Below, in pieces: positions 56,507-64,000 of a stretch of 64,000 nucleotides of DNA. The stretch covers positions 87,535 through 151,534 of the forward strand of contig JAUYHB010000020.1 of assembly GCA_030690305.1 (NCBI GenBank), written 5' to 3'. The translations under genes were made by a program, and so were the position numbers. Source of the stretch: a bacterium (GTDB taxonomy: Bacteria; Patescibacteriota; Minisyncoccia; Phycocordibacterales; JAGLPS01). Each line of letters starts with the position of its first letter. The first letter of the stretch is position 1. Under the pieces are notes generated by a model. That model searched no databases and had not been told where the DNA came from. It saw nothing but the letters and a program-made list of their open reading frames with translations.

Positions 56507-57070
56507 TTATGATACACGTTCCGCGTATTCTCCGGTCTCGGTGTTCACTCTTACAATGTCTCCTTCTTTTATAAACAGGGGAGCGCTCACAATAACGCCC
56601 GTTTCAAGAGTGATTTGCTTGTACGCACCTTGCGCGGTATTTCCTTTTACCGCTCCGGGGGCTTCCGTGACTTTCAGTTCCACCTTCATAGGTATATCAA
56701 CACCGATAATGTTTTCATTGAAATAAATCCCCGTAACGATGGAATTTTGTTTCATAAAACGTATTTTATCTCCGACAAGATTTTCTGAAAGGGTAAAACG
56801 ATTACTTGCATCATCTTCTTTGCAGAACCAATGCTCGCCCTTATTGCTGTACAAAAATTTCAAATTTTCCTTTTCCACCTCCGCCTCCTCAACTTTTTCG
56901 GATTGGTGAAAAGATCGCTCAACCACTTTTCCCGAAAGAAAACTTTTCAGCTTCGTTTGATTGACGGGCTTTCTTTTTTGCATGCGAAATACGCGTGACG
57001 AAAGAACCTCAAACGGTTCACCGTCAAGAATGATGAATTTTTTTACGCCGATTTCGTTATATGCCAACAT
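56507..57070 (-). CDS. efp: Elongation factor P
   Basis: EF-P three-domain similarity. Confidence 0.85.
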   Translation of the reverse strand: MLAYNEIGVKKFIILDGEPFEVLSSRVFRMQKRKPVNQTKLKSFLSGKVVERSFHQSEKVEEAEVEKENLKFLYSNKGEHWFCKEDDASNRFTLSENLVGDKIRFMKQNSIVTGIYFNENIIGVDIPMKVELKVTEAPGAVKGNTAQGAYKQITLETGVIVSAPLFIKEGDIVRVNTETGEYAERVS

Positions 57071-57120
57071 AAAATATAAACCCGGTTAAGGCTCTAGCAT
57101 AGTCATAAAAGACTTATGCG

Positions 57121-58140
57121 TCAATATCCTTCCGCAAGTCTCTTTTTAATTTCCGAAAGAAGGCTTTTTGAGACAGTGGCGTTTTCCTTCAAAAATGTCC
57201 GTGTCGCGTCATACCCGCGTCCAAGTTTAAGGTCTCCGAACGAGTATCCTCCCGCGGAGCTTTTCTCAACGAGCTTCATTCTCTCTCCGAGGGCGATAAT
57301 TTCACCCTCCCTTGAAATCCCTTCGTTATACATAAGGTCGAATTCCGTCTGTCGAAAAGGGGCGGCCACCTTGTTTTTTACCACTTTTGCCCGAATGCGC
57401 GAGCCCATGACTTCCTCACCTTTTTTTATCTGAGCGATACGGCGGATATCAATGCGTACTGACGTGTAGAATTTGAGTGCCTTGCCTCCCGGTGTTGTTT
57501 CCGGATTTCCGAACATCACACCAATTTGCATTCTGATTTGGTTGATAAAAATAACGATTGTTTTTGTTTTAGCGACAATGGCTGTAAGTTTGCGGAGTGC
57601 TTGGGACATAAGGCGGGCCTGCTTGCCCACATGATACGCCCCCATTTCTCCTTCAATTTCATCTTTAGGCGTAAGGGCTGCAACGGAATCAATGACGATA
57701 ACGTCGATTTTCCCCGAACGAACAAGACTTTCGACAATTTCAAGAGCTTGCTCTCCCGTGTCGGGTTGTGAGATGAGAAGCTCGTCAATTTTCACTCCGA
57801 GGCGTTTCGAGTATTCCGGATCCATAGCATGTTCGGCATCAATAAAGGCGCAGATACCCCCTTGTTTTTGCGCTTCGGCAATCACATGCAAAGAGAGTGT
57901 CGTCTTTCCCGATGATTCGGGACCAAAAATCTCAACGATGCGTCCCCGGGGCAATCCTCCGACACCAAGGGCGGCATCGAGCCCGAGAGAACCTGTTGAA
58001 ACGGAATTGACGTTTACCTTGGGTTTTTCACCCAACATCATAATGGCTTCGTTACCGAACTTTGTCTTAATGCTTTTTATTGTCTCTGATATTGCAATAT
58101 TATCCTTCGCTACCTTTTGTTTGCTCGTTTTCTTTATCAT
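57121..58140 (-). CDS. recA: Recombinase RecA
   Basis: Walker [11 protein letters not shown] and RecA L1/L2 regions. Confidence 0.95.
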   Translation of the reverse strand: MIKKTSKQKVAKDNIAISETIKSIKTKFGNEAIMMLGEKPKVNVNSVSTGSLGLDAALGVGGLPRGRIVEIFGPESSGKTTLSLHVIAEAQKQGGICAFIDAEHAMDPEYSKRLGVKIDELLISQPDTGEQALEIVESLVRSGKIDVIVIDSVAALTPKDEIEGEMGAYHVGKQARLMSQALRKLTAIVAKTKTIVIFINQIRMQIGVMFGNPETTPGGKALKFYTSVRIDIRRIAQIKKGEEVMGSRIRAKVVKNKVAAPFRQTEFDLMYNEGISREGEIIALGERMKLVEKSSAGGYSFGDLKLGRGYDATRTFLKENATVSKSLLSEIKKRLAEGY

Positions 58141-58489
58141 ATTCTTTCAGAATAAGTTCTAAAAATGTTTCCTTGACTCGTCCGAACCTGTCAGACCCCG
58201 AAAACTTAATTATATTATAGCCTGAAGACAAAAGCAGTTTCTCCTTAAAAAAACCCTCCTCGTCAATAAAGATGGGTCTGTCATTCAACTGTATGGAGGA
58301 GATGTTTTTACTCGTACCCCAAATCTCAACAAGGGGAGAGGCGAACGTGGCGCCATTTATAGGGGAACGCACCGAAAGTATCGGCCCCTCAATAAGGCTT
58401 TGACCTTGATGAAACAAGTATATGGCCAAGACAAAAACCGCTACACAGCCGGCAAATACCTTTAATAAAAATAAACCCCGCGCGCTCAT
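58100..58489 (-). CDS. Hypothetical membrane-anchored protein. Its start overlaps the ftsK stop by 4 nt and its tail overlaps the recA start by 41 nt.
   Basis: ORF with an N-terminal TM helix. Translationally coupled to ftsK. Confidence 0.4.
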   Translation of the reverse strand: MSARGLFLLKVFAGCVAVFVLAIYLFHQGQSLIEGPILSVRSPINGATFASPLVEIWGTSKNISSIQLNDRPIFIDEEGFFKEKLLLSSGYNIIKFSGSDRFGRVKETFLELILKEYDKENEQTKGSEG

Positions 58490-60708
58490 ACGGTTTCTTC
58501 CCCGTTAGGGGGGAGATTTTGGTTTTCTCTGGAAAGAGGTTCGAGGACCTCACGTGGCTTGGCACCGTCGCCCGGACCAATAACACCTCGCTCTTCAAGA
58601 ATATCTATGAGTCGCGCGGCGCGGGCGTAACCGACGCGGAGTTTTCTTTGCAAATAGGAGGTGGAAGCCTTTCCCGCTTCCAAAACCACTTCCCGAGCCT
58701 CTTCGTATAGGGGATCGTCTTCATCATTCTCCAAACTTGCGTCAAAGATTGAATTTCGCGTGGTTTCATTTGAAAAATCTATTTCGGAGGGTAGTGCGTC
58801 TTTGTATCCGTCTTTAAGGTAAGAAACAGTTTTCTTGACCTCGCCCTCTGAAATGAAGGCGGACTGAAGACGAACCGGTTTTGACATATCCCCCGAGAGA
58901 TACAGCATGTCTCCGGCACCCAAAAGTTTTTCCGCTCCTCCGCCATCGAGAATGGTTCTGGAGTCTATCTGTGACGAAACCTGTAACGCGACACGCGTGG
59001 GGATGTTTGCTTTGATGAGTCCCGTAATGACGTTTACGGAAGGCCGTTGCGTCGAAAGAATCAAATGTATACCTACCGCCCTGCTCATCTGAGCAAGTCG
59101 CACGACGGCCGCTTCAAGTTCTCGCGGGTACGACTGCATAATATCGGCAAGTTCATCAATGACGATAATAATATAGGGCATGAGTTCGGGCAGTTTTTCT
59201 TTTTCCGCACCGTCCTGTTTTTTGTTTTTCATCTTCTCAAGTTCGGGTTCGAGAATATTTTTATGATACGACTCAATGTCGCGTACAGACTCCGCTTCCA
59301 GAATGTCATATCTTCGGTCCATTTCCTTGGCGGCCCACTTGAGGGAAAGGATAGCTTTTTTTGCTTCGGTTACGACTGGGGTAAGCAGATGGGGGATACC
59401 GTTGTACAAGGTCAACTCAACGCGTTTTGGGTCAATCATTATGAACTTCAGGTGCTCGGGGGCGTTCCTAAAGAGAAGAGAGTTGAGAAGCGCGTGGATT
59501 GTGACCGACTTACCGGAACCTGTCGCACCTGCAATTAGAAGGTGAGGCATTTTTGCCAAATTCGCAAAATGAGACTTCCCCGTTACTCCTTTACCCAAAG
59601 CCATCAACAAAGATTTTCCGGAAGACTGAAATTCTTCCTCGGAAAGCAACGAACCCAAGCCTACAATTGTTTTGGTTGTATTCGGGATTTCAATGCCGAC
59701 AAGTGATTTTCCTGGAATGGGTGCTTCAATACGCAAGGGGTGAGCGGCAAGAGCAAGAGCCAAATCGTTTTGTAGTGCGACGATACGCGACAACTTCATT
59801 CCCTCTGCCGGCTTCAGAGCGTATCGCGTAACGGACGGCCCGATTGAAATTTCATCCATCTCCACTTGAATGCCAAAATTTTGCAACGTACGTTTTATAA
59901 TATTGGCATTTGCTTTAATGTCTCCAACGCCCGGTTTTCCTCTGTCCCTTTCAAAGATACTCAACGGTGGTGGGGAATAGTCCGCAAGACTGAATGCGGT
60001 TGCTCCGACGGCGAAGCCATCTTCCTCCGTTTCTTTTTCTTTCTTCGCAGGCTTTTGTTGCTCGATTTTTTCTTCCAGTTTCTTGCCGTTCATCTGATCT
60101 TCATTGCCGGGAAGATGTATTTTTTCATTTTCCTCTTTCGATAATACTCCGACAGTGTCTTCTTCTTTTTTCTTCATAAAGTATCTCCAGAAAAACAGCG
60201 AATCAACCGTAAGGACAATATTGAAAAGAATAATGAGGGAAATAACGCTTAAGGCAAGAAGGAAAATGAATGAGGCATACACGTCAAAAAGAGAGATGAG
60301 AGGGGAAGATACCACGTTACCCAAAAATCCTCCCTTGCCTTCGGCAACAATATTAATGAGGCCAAGACCGGAGAAGGTAAGCAGTAACGCTCCAAGAGTT
60401 TGGGAAAATGCAAAACTTTTTTTAAGGGATTTAAGAAAAGAAAGTGACAGAAGAATACATACAATCGGTAAAAGGAAATAGCCTATGCCTGCAAGTTTGG
60501 TGAGAAGTGTGTAAACCGCTTTACCCGCGATTCCTGCCGCGTTATTCCCTGACGAGCCGTGGAAAGATGCAAGGGCAAGAAAAATACCCATGGCAAAAAA
60601 AACAACGGCAAGTATTCCCTGGATGATTTCATCTTTTAGTCCTGTCTCTCCTTCATGTTCTGTACTGGATTTCTTCTTTCTTTTTGCCATACAAAGCGGG
60701 ACTCCCAA
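58486..60708 (-). CDS. ftsK: DNA translocase FtsK/SpoIIIE
   Basis: N-terminal TM domain, Walker A GATGSGKS, C-terminal gamma winged helix. Confidence 0.9.
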   Translation of the reverse strand: MGVPLCMAKRKKKSSTEHEGETGLKDEIIQGILAVVFFAMGIFLALASFHGSSGNNAAGIAGKAVYTLLTKLAGIGYFLLPIVCILLSLSFLKSLKKSFAFSQTLGALLLTFSGLGLINIVAEGKGGFLGNVVSSPLISLFDVYASFIFLLALSVISLIILFNIVLTVDSLFFWRYFMKKKEEDTVGVLSKEENEKIHLPGNEDQMNGKKLEEKIEQQKPAKKEKETEEDGFAVGATAFSLADYSPPPLSIFERDRGKPGVGDIKANANIIKRTLQNFGIQVEMDEISIGPSVTRYALKPAEGMKLSRIVALQNDLALALAAHPLRIEAPIPGKSLVGIEIPNTTKTIVGLGSLLSEEEFQSSGKSLLMALGKGVTGKSHFANLAKMPHLLIAGATGSGKSVTIHALLNSLLFRNAPEHLKFIMIDPKRVELTLYNGIPHLLTPVVTEAKKAILSLKWAAKEMDRRYDILEAESVRDIESYHKNILEPELEKMKNKKQDGAEKEKLPELMPYIIIVIDELADIMQSYPRELEAAVVRLAQMSRAVGIHLILSTQRPSVNVITGLIKANIPTRVALQVSSQIDSRTILDGGGAEKLLGAGDMLYLSGDMSKPVRLQSAFISEGEVKKTVSYLKDGYKDALPSEIDFSNETTRNSIFDASLENDEDDPLYEEAREVVLEAGKASTSYLQRKLRVGYARAARLIDILEERGVIGPGDGAKPREVLEPLSRENQNLPPNGEETV

Positions 60709-60799
60709 ATCTTAATTTTTAAATTGTAACATATAGGGACGCAAACAAAAATTCCCGAAAAACCTTATTTTTCAACGTTTTAACGGTCTTGACATCTTG

Positions 60800-60902
60800 T
60801 AAAAAGACATAAAAAGACACTATTTACTTTCCCAATTCAGTGGTGTATAATAAAAGACAAAGTTATTTCTTTTTATAAAAGACATTTTATATAAAAGACA
60901 AA
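60800..60902 (+). repeat. Array of five direct TAAAAGACA (AAAAGACA core) repeats between the divergent ftsK and wHTH genes. At least five more copies lie inside the downstream gene.
   Basis: Copies at 60803, 60813, 60853, 60877 and 60893, and within the CDS at 60934, 60995, 61148, 61404 and 61449. Confidence 0.6.
60823..60851 (+). promoter_or_regulatory. Sigma70-like promoter TTTACT-17-TATAAT. Repeat units flank and overlap it.
   Basis: Consensus -10 TATAAT at 60846-60851. A repeat copy starts 2 nt downstream. Confidence 0.45.
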
Positions 60903-60922
60903 AATATCTACAATAAAAAACG

Positions 60923-61726
60923 ATGAATCCCGAAAAAGACATTAACGAAAAAAACAAGGAATTATCAACCATAATCTCCGAAAACAATGTTTCTATAAAA
61001 GACAGGGATATTTTTTTTATATATAAAAAAATTGAAAAAATAGTCGCGGCTCTGTATCTTGTGACTACCGTCCTTGAAGATAAAGAACCGGTGAAATGGG
61101 ATATAAGACAAAAATCCCTTGAGCTTCTTTCGTTTAATTTGCATTTAAAAGACAGTTTTATATCGGAAAGAAACCGAATGTTGCCAATCTTGAGAGACCT
61201 GTGCGATACCATTCTTTCGTATCTGTCCATATGCTATGTTTCAGGCTTAATTTCTGAAATGAACTTCTCGATTTTGAAGAAGGAAATTTCGTTCTCCTCA
61301 GCTTTCATAACTGAAAACCTGAACAAAGAAAAACGCCTTTTGGCGAGCGACTTCTTTTCTGTTGATGTCCCCAAGGACATCGAAAAAAGGGTTCAAACTG
61401 ATGTAAAAGACAGTTTCCAATATAAAGGACATAATTTTGAATCTAAAAAAGACAGTACAGAAGGTAGTTTGGGTCGCAGACATAATTGGACTCCGAATGA
61501 GAAATCTTTCCAAGGCTATCCTTCTTTTACGTCAAAGAAAAACGACAGAAAAAAGAGCATAATAGAAATTGTGCGGGTGAAAAATGCCGTAAATATAAAA
61601 GACGTTTCATCGATGATTAAGGGGTGTAGTGAAAAAACAATACAGAGAGAGCTGCTTGCTTTGGTAAAGAGTGGTGTCCTTAAGAAGGATGGGGAAAGAC
61701 GTTGGAGTGTCTACTCTCTGCGGTAA
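60923..61726 (+). CDS. Hypothetical protein with a C-terminal winged helix-turn-helix and recurring KDS/KDR tripeptides encoded by the AAAAGACAG repeat
   Basis: C-terminal segment NIKDVSSMIKGCSEKTIQRELLALVKSGVLKKDGERRWSVY is wHTH-like. AT-rich (about 33% GC). Confidence 0.55.
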   Translation: MNPEKDINEKNKELSTIISENNVSIKDRDIFFIYKKIEKIVAALYLVTTVLEDKEPVKWDIRQKSLELLSFNLHLKDSFISERNRMLPILRDLCDTILSYLSICYVSGLISEMNFSILKKEISFSSAFITENLNKEKRLLASDFFSVDVPKDIEKRVQTDVKDSFQYKGHNFESKKDSTEGSLGRRHNWTPNEKSFQGYPSFTSKKNDRKKSIIEIVRVKNAVNIKDVSSMIKGCSEKTIQRELLALVKSGVLKKDGERRWSVYSLR

Positions 61727-61759
61727 GTGATTGTCCGTCCGGTTTTTGTACCTAAAACG

Positions 61760-61787
61760 TTGACTTTTTTGATAAAACCTCTATATT
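61760..61787 (+). promoter_or_regulatory. Promoter TTGACT-16-TATATT at the head of a ~620-nt AT-rich leader before the surface-protein gene
   Basis: Hexamers read from the sequence. No ORF of 60 aa or more lies between it and 62411. Confidence 0.4.
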
Positions 61788-62410
61788 TTCCTCTTATGCC
61801 GATTTTCGGGAAAGCCTGGAAATTGAGTTATCAACAGAGCCAGTTTTGCAGGCCTATTTCAGAACGACTATAATAGCTAGTAAGGAAAACAACCAGATAA
61901 TGTAATATTATCCGATTGTTTCCGTTTTCACATTTATAGCCGACTGAACCAGCATATACACAAATAACCTTTAAACATAGCGTTTGCTTGTTTTTTGTGT
62001 TAGACTGCACCATTAAGTCATGTGTGCAGAAAGGTTGGAGTTTATGACGGAATGACCGGAAGAAAAAGAACGTTGAAAACTGAATAAAACCAACAATTAA
62101 GTTTTTTGCCGAATGACCTTGTCCTTTTATTGATGCTTACGAAAGAAACTCGGTTCTCACTTCTACCAACTAAGTCTATCCGGATCGTGTCGATACATAT
62201 GAGACGGATAGGTTGGATTAAAGCAAAGTCATTACGGATTTAAAAAGATCGTCGAAAAAATCTTTTGAAAATCCAGAAATGTAGTATCAGCGCGGGAATA
62301 TTGTCGATACAAAAATTTTCCGTGTTGAAATATTTTCTCTGCGAACATTATTAGCGATTTATTAAATTAATTTGCGGAGGAAATTCACAATTAAAAGAAA
62401 TTACCAAATC

Positions 62411-64000
62411 ATGCAAAATATTCACAAATCTAAGACCGCCAAATTGGTCTCAGGTTTGGCAGCGTTCTCAATGGTATTGAGCGTTGTCGGATTCGTTCCG
62501 GCTTCAGCCGCTACCGTTGAAGAGCTTACTGCTCAAATCAACAGTTTGCTTTCAACGATTGCATCGTTGCAATCACAACTGTCAACAATATCAGGCGGAT
62601 CTTCAACAGTTGGTTCATACACCTTTACCAAAGACCTCAAAATGGGGGATACCGGTACGGATGTCATGAATCTTCAGAAGGTTCTTAACGCAGATGGAGT
62701 TGATATCGCTTCTTCAGGACCTGGTTCTAAAGGAAACGAAACTTCATACTTCGGTGCTCTTACAAAGGCAGGTGTTACAAGATTCCAGAACAAATATGCT
62801 TCTGAAATTTTGACACCGCTCGGTCTCATAAATGGGACCGGATATGTGGGAGCAGCGACTCGTGCCAAACTCAACACAATGGGTGGCGGTACGGTAATCG
62901 TTCCTCCGACAACATCAGGAAGTGCGGCAGTTTCAACAACTGTCCAGCCTTCAGCATCACTTGCTGTTTCAGGCGCGAGCCGTATTCCCTTCACAAAATT
63001 CGTAGTCACAGCAGGAGCTTCTGACGTTACAATCAACAGTGTTGTTGTTGAGCGCGATGGACTCTCACACAACGCCGTTCTTTCAGGAATCCTTCTTCTT
63101 GACGACCAAGGAATTCAGCTTGGTGTCGCAAAGACTCTTAACTCAAACAACCAAGCCACAATAGGTGAGGCTGTTGTAGTGAGGGCTGGCACATCAAAAA
63201 CCTTTACTGTCGCCGGAAACACAACTGATATCGCCACCATGGCAAGTTACGCCGGTGAAGTTATCGGTTTGAAAGTCGTTGCGGTTAACAGCTCAGCCAC
63301 CATCTCAGGCTCATTGCCTATCACTGGTGCATACCACGTAACGAATGCAACTCTCTCGATCGGTACCGCAACATTTGCAGTATCATCGTTTGACCCGAAC
63401 GCGGCTTTAAGTAAGCCGGTCGGCACATCAGACTACAAGTTTTCAGGTGTCCGCATCACAGCGGGATCTGCTGAAAAAATCCGACTTTTGTCGGTTCGCT
63501 TTAACCAAGGAGGTTCAGTCGCAGCGACTGACCTTGCAAACATTAAAGTCTACGTTGACGGAGTAGCATACGCGCCGGTTGTTTCAGCCGACGGTAAATA
63601 CTTCACGGTCAGCCTAGGATCAGGTCTTGTGATTGATAAAGGATTCTCAAAAGATATCTACATTCAAGGAGATATCGTTGGAACTAACGCATCAGGACGA
63701 ACGATTCAATTCGATATCGAAAAGAATACCGACGTCTATGTTAGTGGTGAGACCTACGGATACGGAATTATCGGTACAAACCCGAACGGTACTACAAACA
63801 CGTCAGCGTCAACAGCATCAGAATTCGTTGGTGCTGCCGCCGACCCCGGAACACCGTTCTTTAGCGGTTCATTGGTAACCGTTACAGCCGGTTCCGCAAC
63901 TACAATTGCAAAATCAAATACAGTTGTCTCACAGAACATTGCAGTCAACGTTCCTAATCAAGTCCTTGGAGGATACGAAACAAACTTCACAGGTGAAGGT
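62411..64000 (+). CDS. Secreted surface (S-layer-like) protein: signal peptide, PG_binding_1-like domain, then Ser/Thr/Ala/Gly/Val-rich beta domains. Truncated by the window edge.
   Basis: Manual translation; the ORF has no stop in the window so it is absent from the track. Signal peptide MQNIHKSKTAKLVSGLAAFSMVLSVVGFVPASAA. The segment DTGTDVMNLQKVLN...FGALTKAGVTRFQ resembles PF01471. Confidence 0.65.
   Translation, partial: MQNIHKSKTAKLVSGLAAFSMVLSVVGFVPASAATVEELTAQINSLLSTIASLQSQLSTISGGSSTVGSYTFTKDLKMGDTGTDVMNLQKVLNADGVDIASSGPGSKGNETSYFGALTKAGVTRFQNKYASEILTPLGLINGTGYVGAATRAKLNTMGGGTVIVPPTTSGSAAVSTTVQPSASLAVSGASRIPFTKFVVTAGASDVTINSVVVERDGLSHNAVLSGILLLDDQGIQLGVAKTLNSNNQATIGEAVVVRAGTSKTFTVAGNTTDIATMASYAGEVIGLKVVAVNSSATISGSLPITGAYHVTNATLSIGTATFAVSSFDPNAALSKPVGTSDYKFSGVRITAGSAEKIRLLSVRFNQGGSVAATDLANIKVYVDGVAYAPVVSADGKYFTVSLGSGLVIDKGFSKDIYIQGDIVGTNASGRTIQFDIEKNTDVYVSGETYGYGIIGTNPNGTTNTSASTASEFVGAAADPGTPFFSGSLVTVTAGSATTIAKSNTVVSQNIAVNVPNQVLGGYETNFTGEG

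Noticed and set aside
62674-63072. 132-aa minus-strand ORF (and 63754-63948) inside the surface-protein gene
   Set aside because: Antisense to a long open frame that has a signal peptide and domain homology.
1-64000. CRISPR arrays, rRNA genes, transposases and integrases
   Set aside because: No regularly spaced direct repeats of 25-40 nt, no rRNA-like segments and no recognisable transposase or integrase ORF were seen anywhere in the window.

Overview
The window reads as a housekeeping-dense chromosomal segment (about 44% GC, roughly 90% coding) from a small-genome bacterium. Gene content suggests a Candidate Phyla Radiation (Patescibacteria/Parcubacteria)-like organism: type IV pilus genes, eukaryote-like type-2 IleRS and dimeric GlyRS, a Pol I lacking the proofreading domain, and no rplA after rplK or rplI after rpsR. 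That placement is inference only. I annotated about 70 protein genes: a 5'-truncated class A PBP, tyrS, ruvC-yebC-ruvB, a GspE/PilB ATPase, tsaE-polA-holA, ruvA-murE-mutM, pheA-tyrA, ruvX, pilMNO, nrdJ with cobalamin handling genes, secE-nusG-rplK, a dcd/folA/thyX/tmk/dut dTTP cluster, argS, ileS, recO, glyQS, metG, tatD, rpsF-ssb-rpsR, efp, recA and ftsK. There are seven tRNAs (Lys-TTT, Arg-GCG, Ser-TGA, Arg-TCT, Val-TAC, Leu-GAG, His-GTG), many intrinsic terminators and several sigma70-like promoters. The observations I rate most worth follow-up are: (1) an apparently intact histidine-phosphatase (RHG) domain inserted inside IleRS; (2) an ~86-nt palindromic element present twice, in inverted orientation, at 40.4 kb and 56.4 kb; (3) a low-GC two-gene islet between argS and ileS that sits beside one of those copies; (4) an AT-rich region with about ten TAAAAGACA iteron-like repeats upstream of and inside a gene for a C-terminal winged-helix protein, followed by a long leader and a compositionally atypical surface-layer-like gene; (5) a ~180-nt candidate structured sRNA with a 28-bp closing helix and two cUUCGg hairpins between ruvB and pilB; (6) a cobalamin capture/transport/use operon (DUF4430, S-component-like, NrdJ, PduO-type adenosyltransferase); (7) att-like duplicated fragments of the tRNA-Val 3' end; and (8) a small Cys-rich ORF antisense to the holA tail. 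No CRISPR array, rRNA or transposase was seen.
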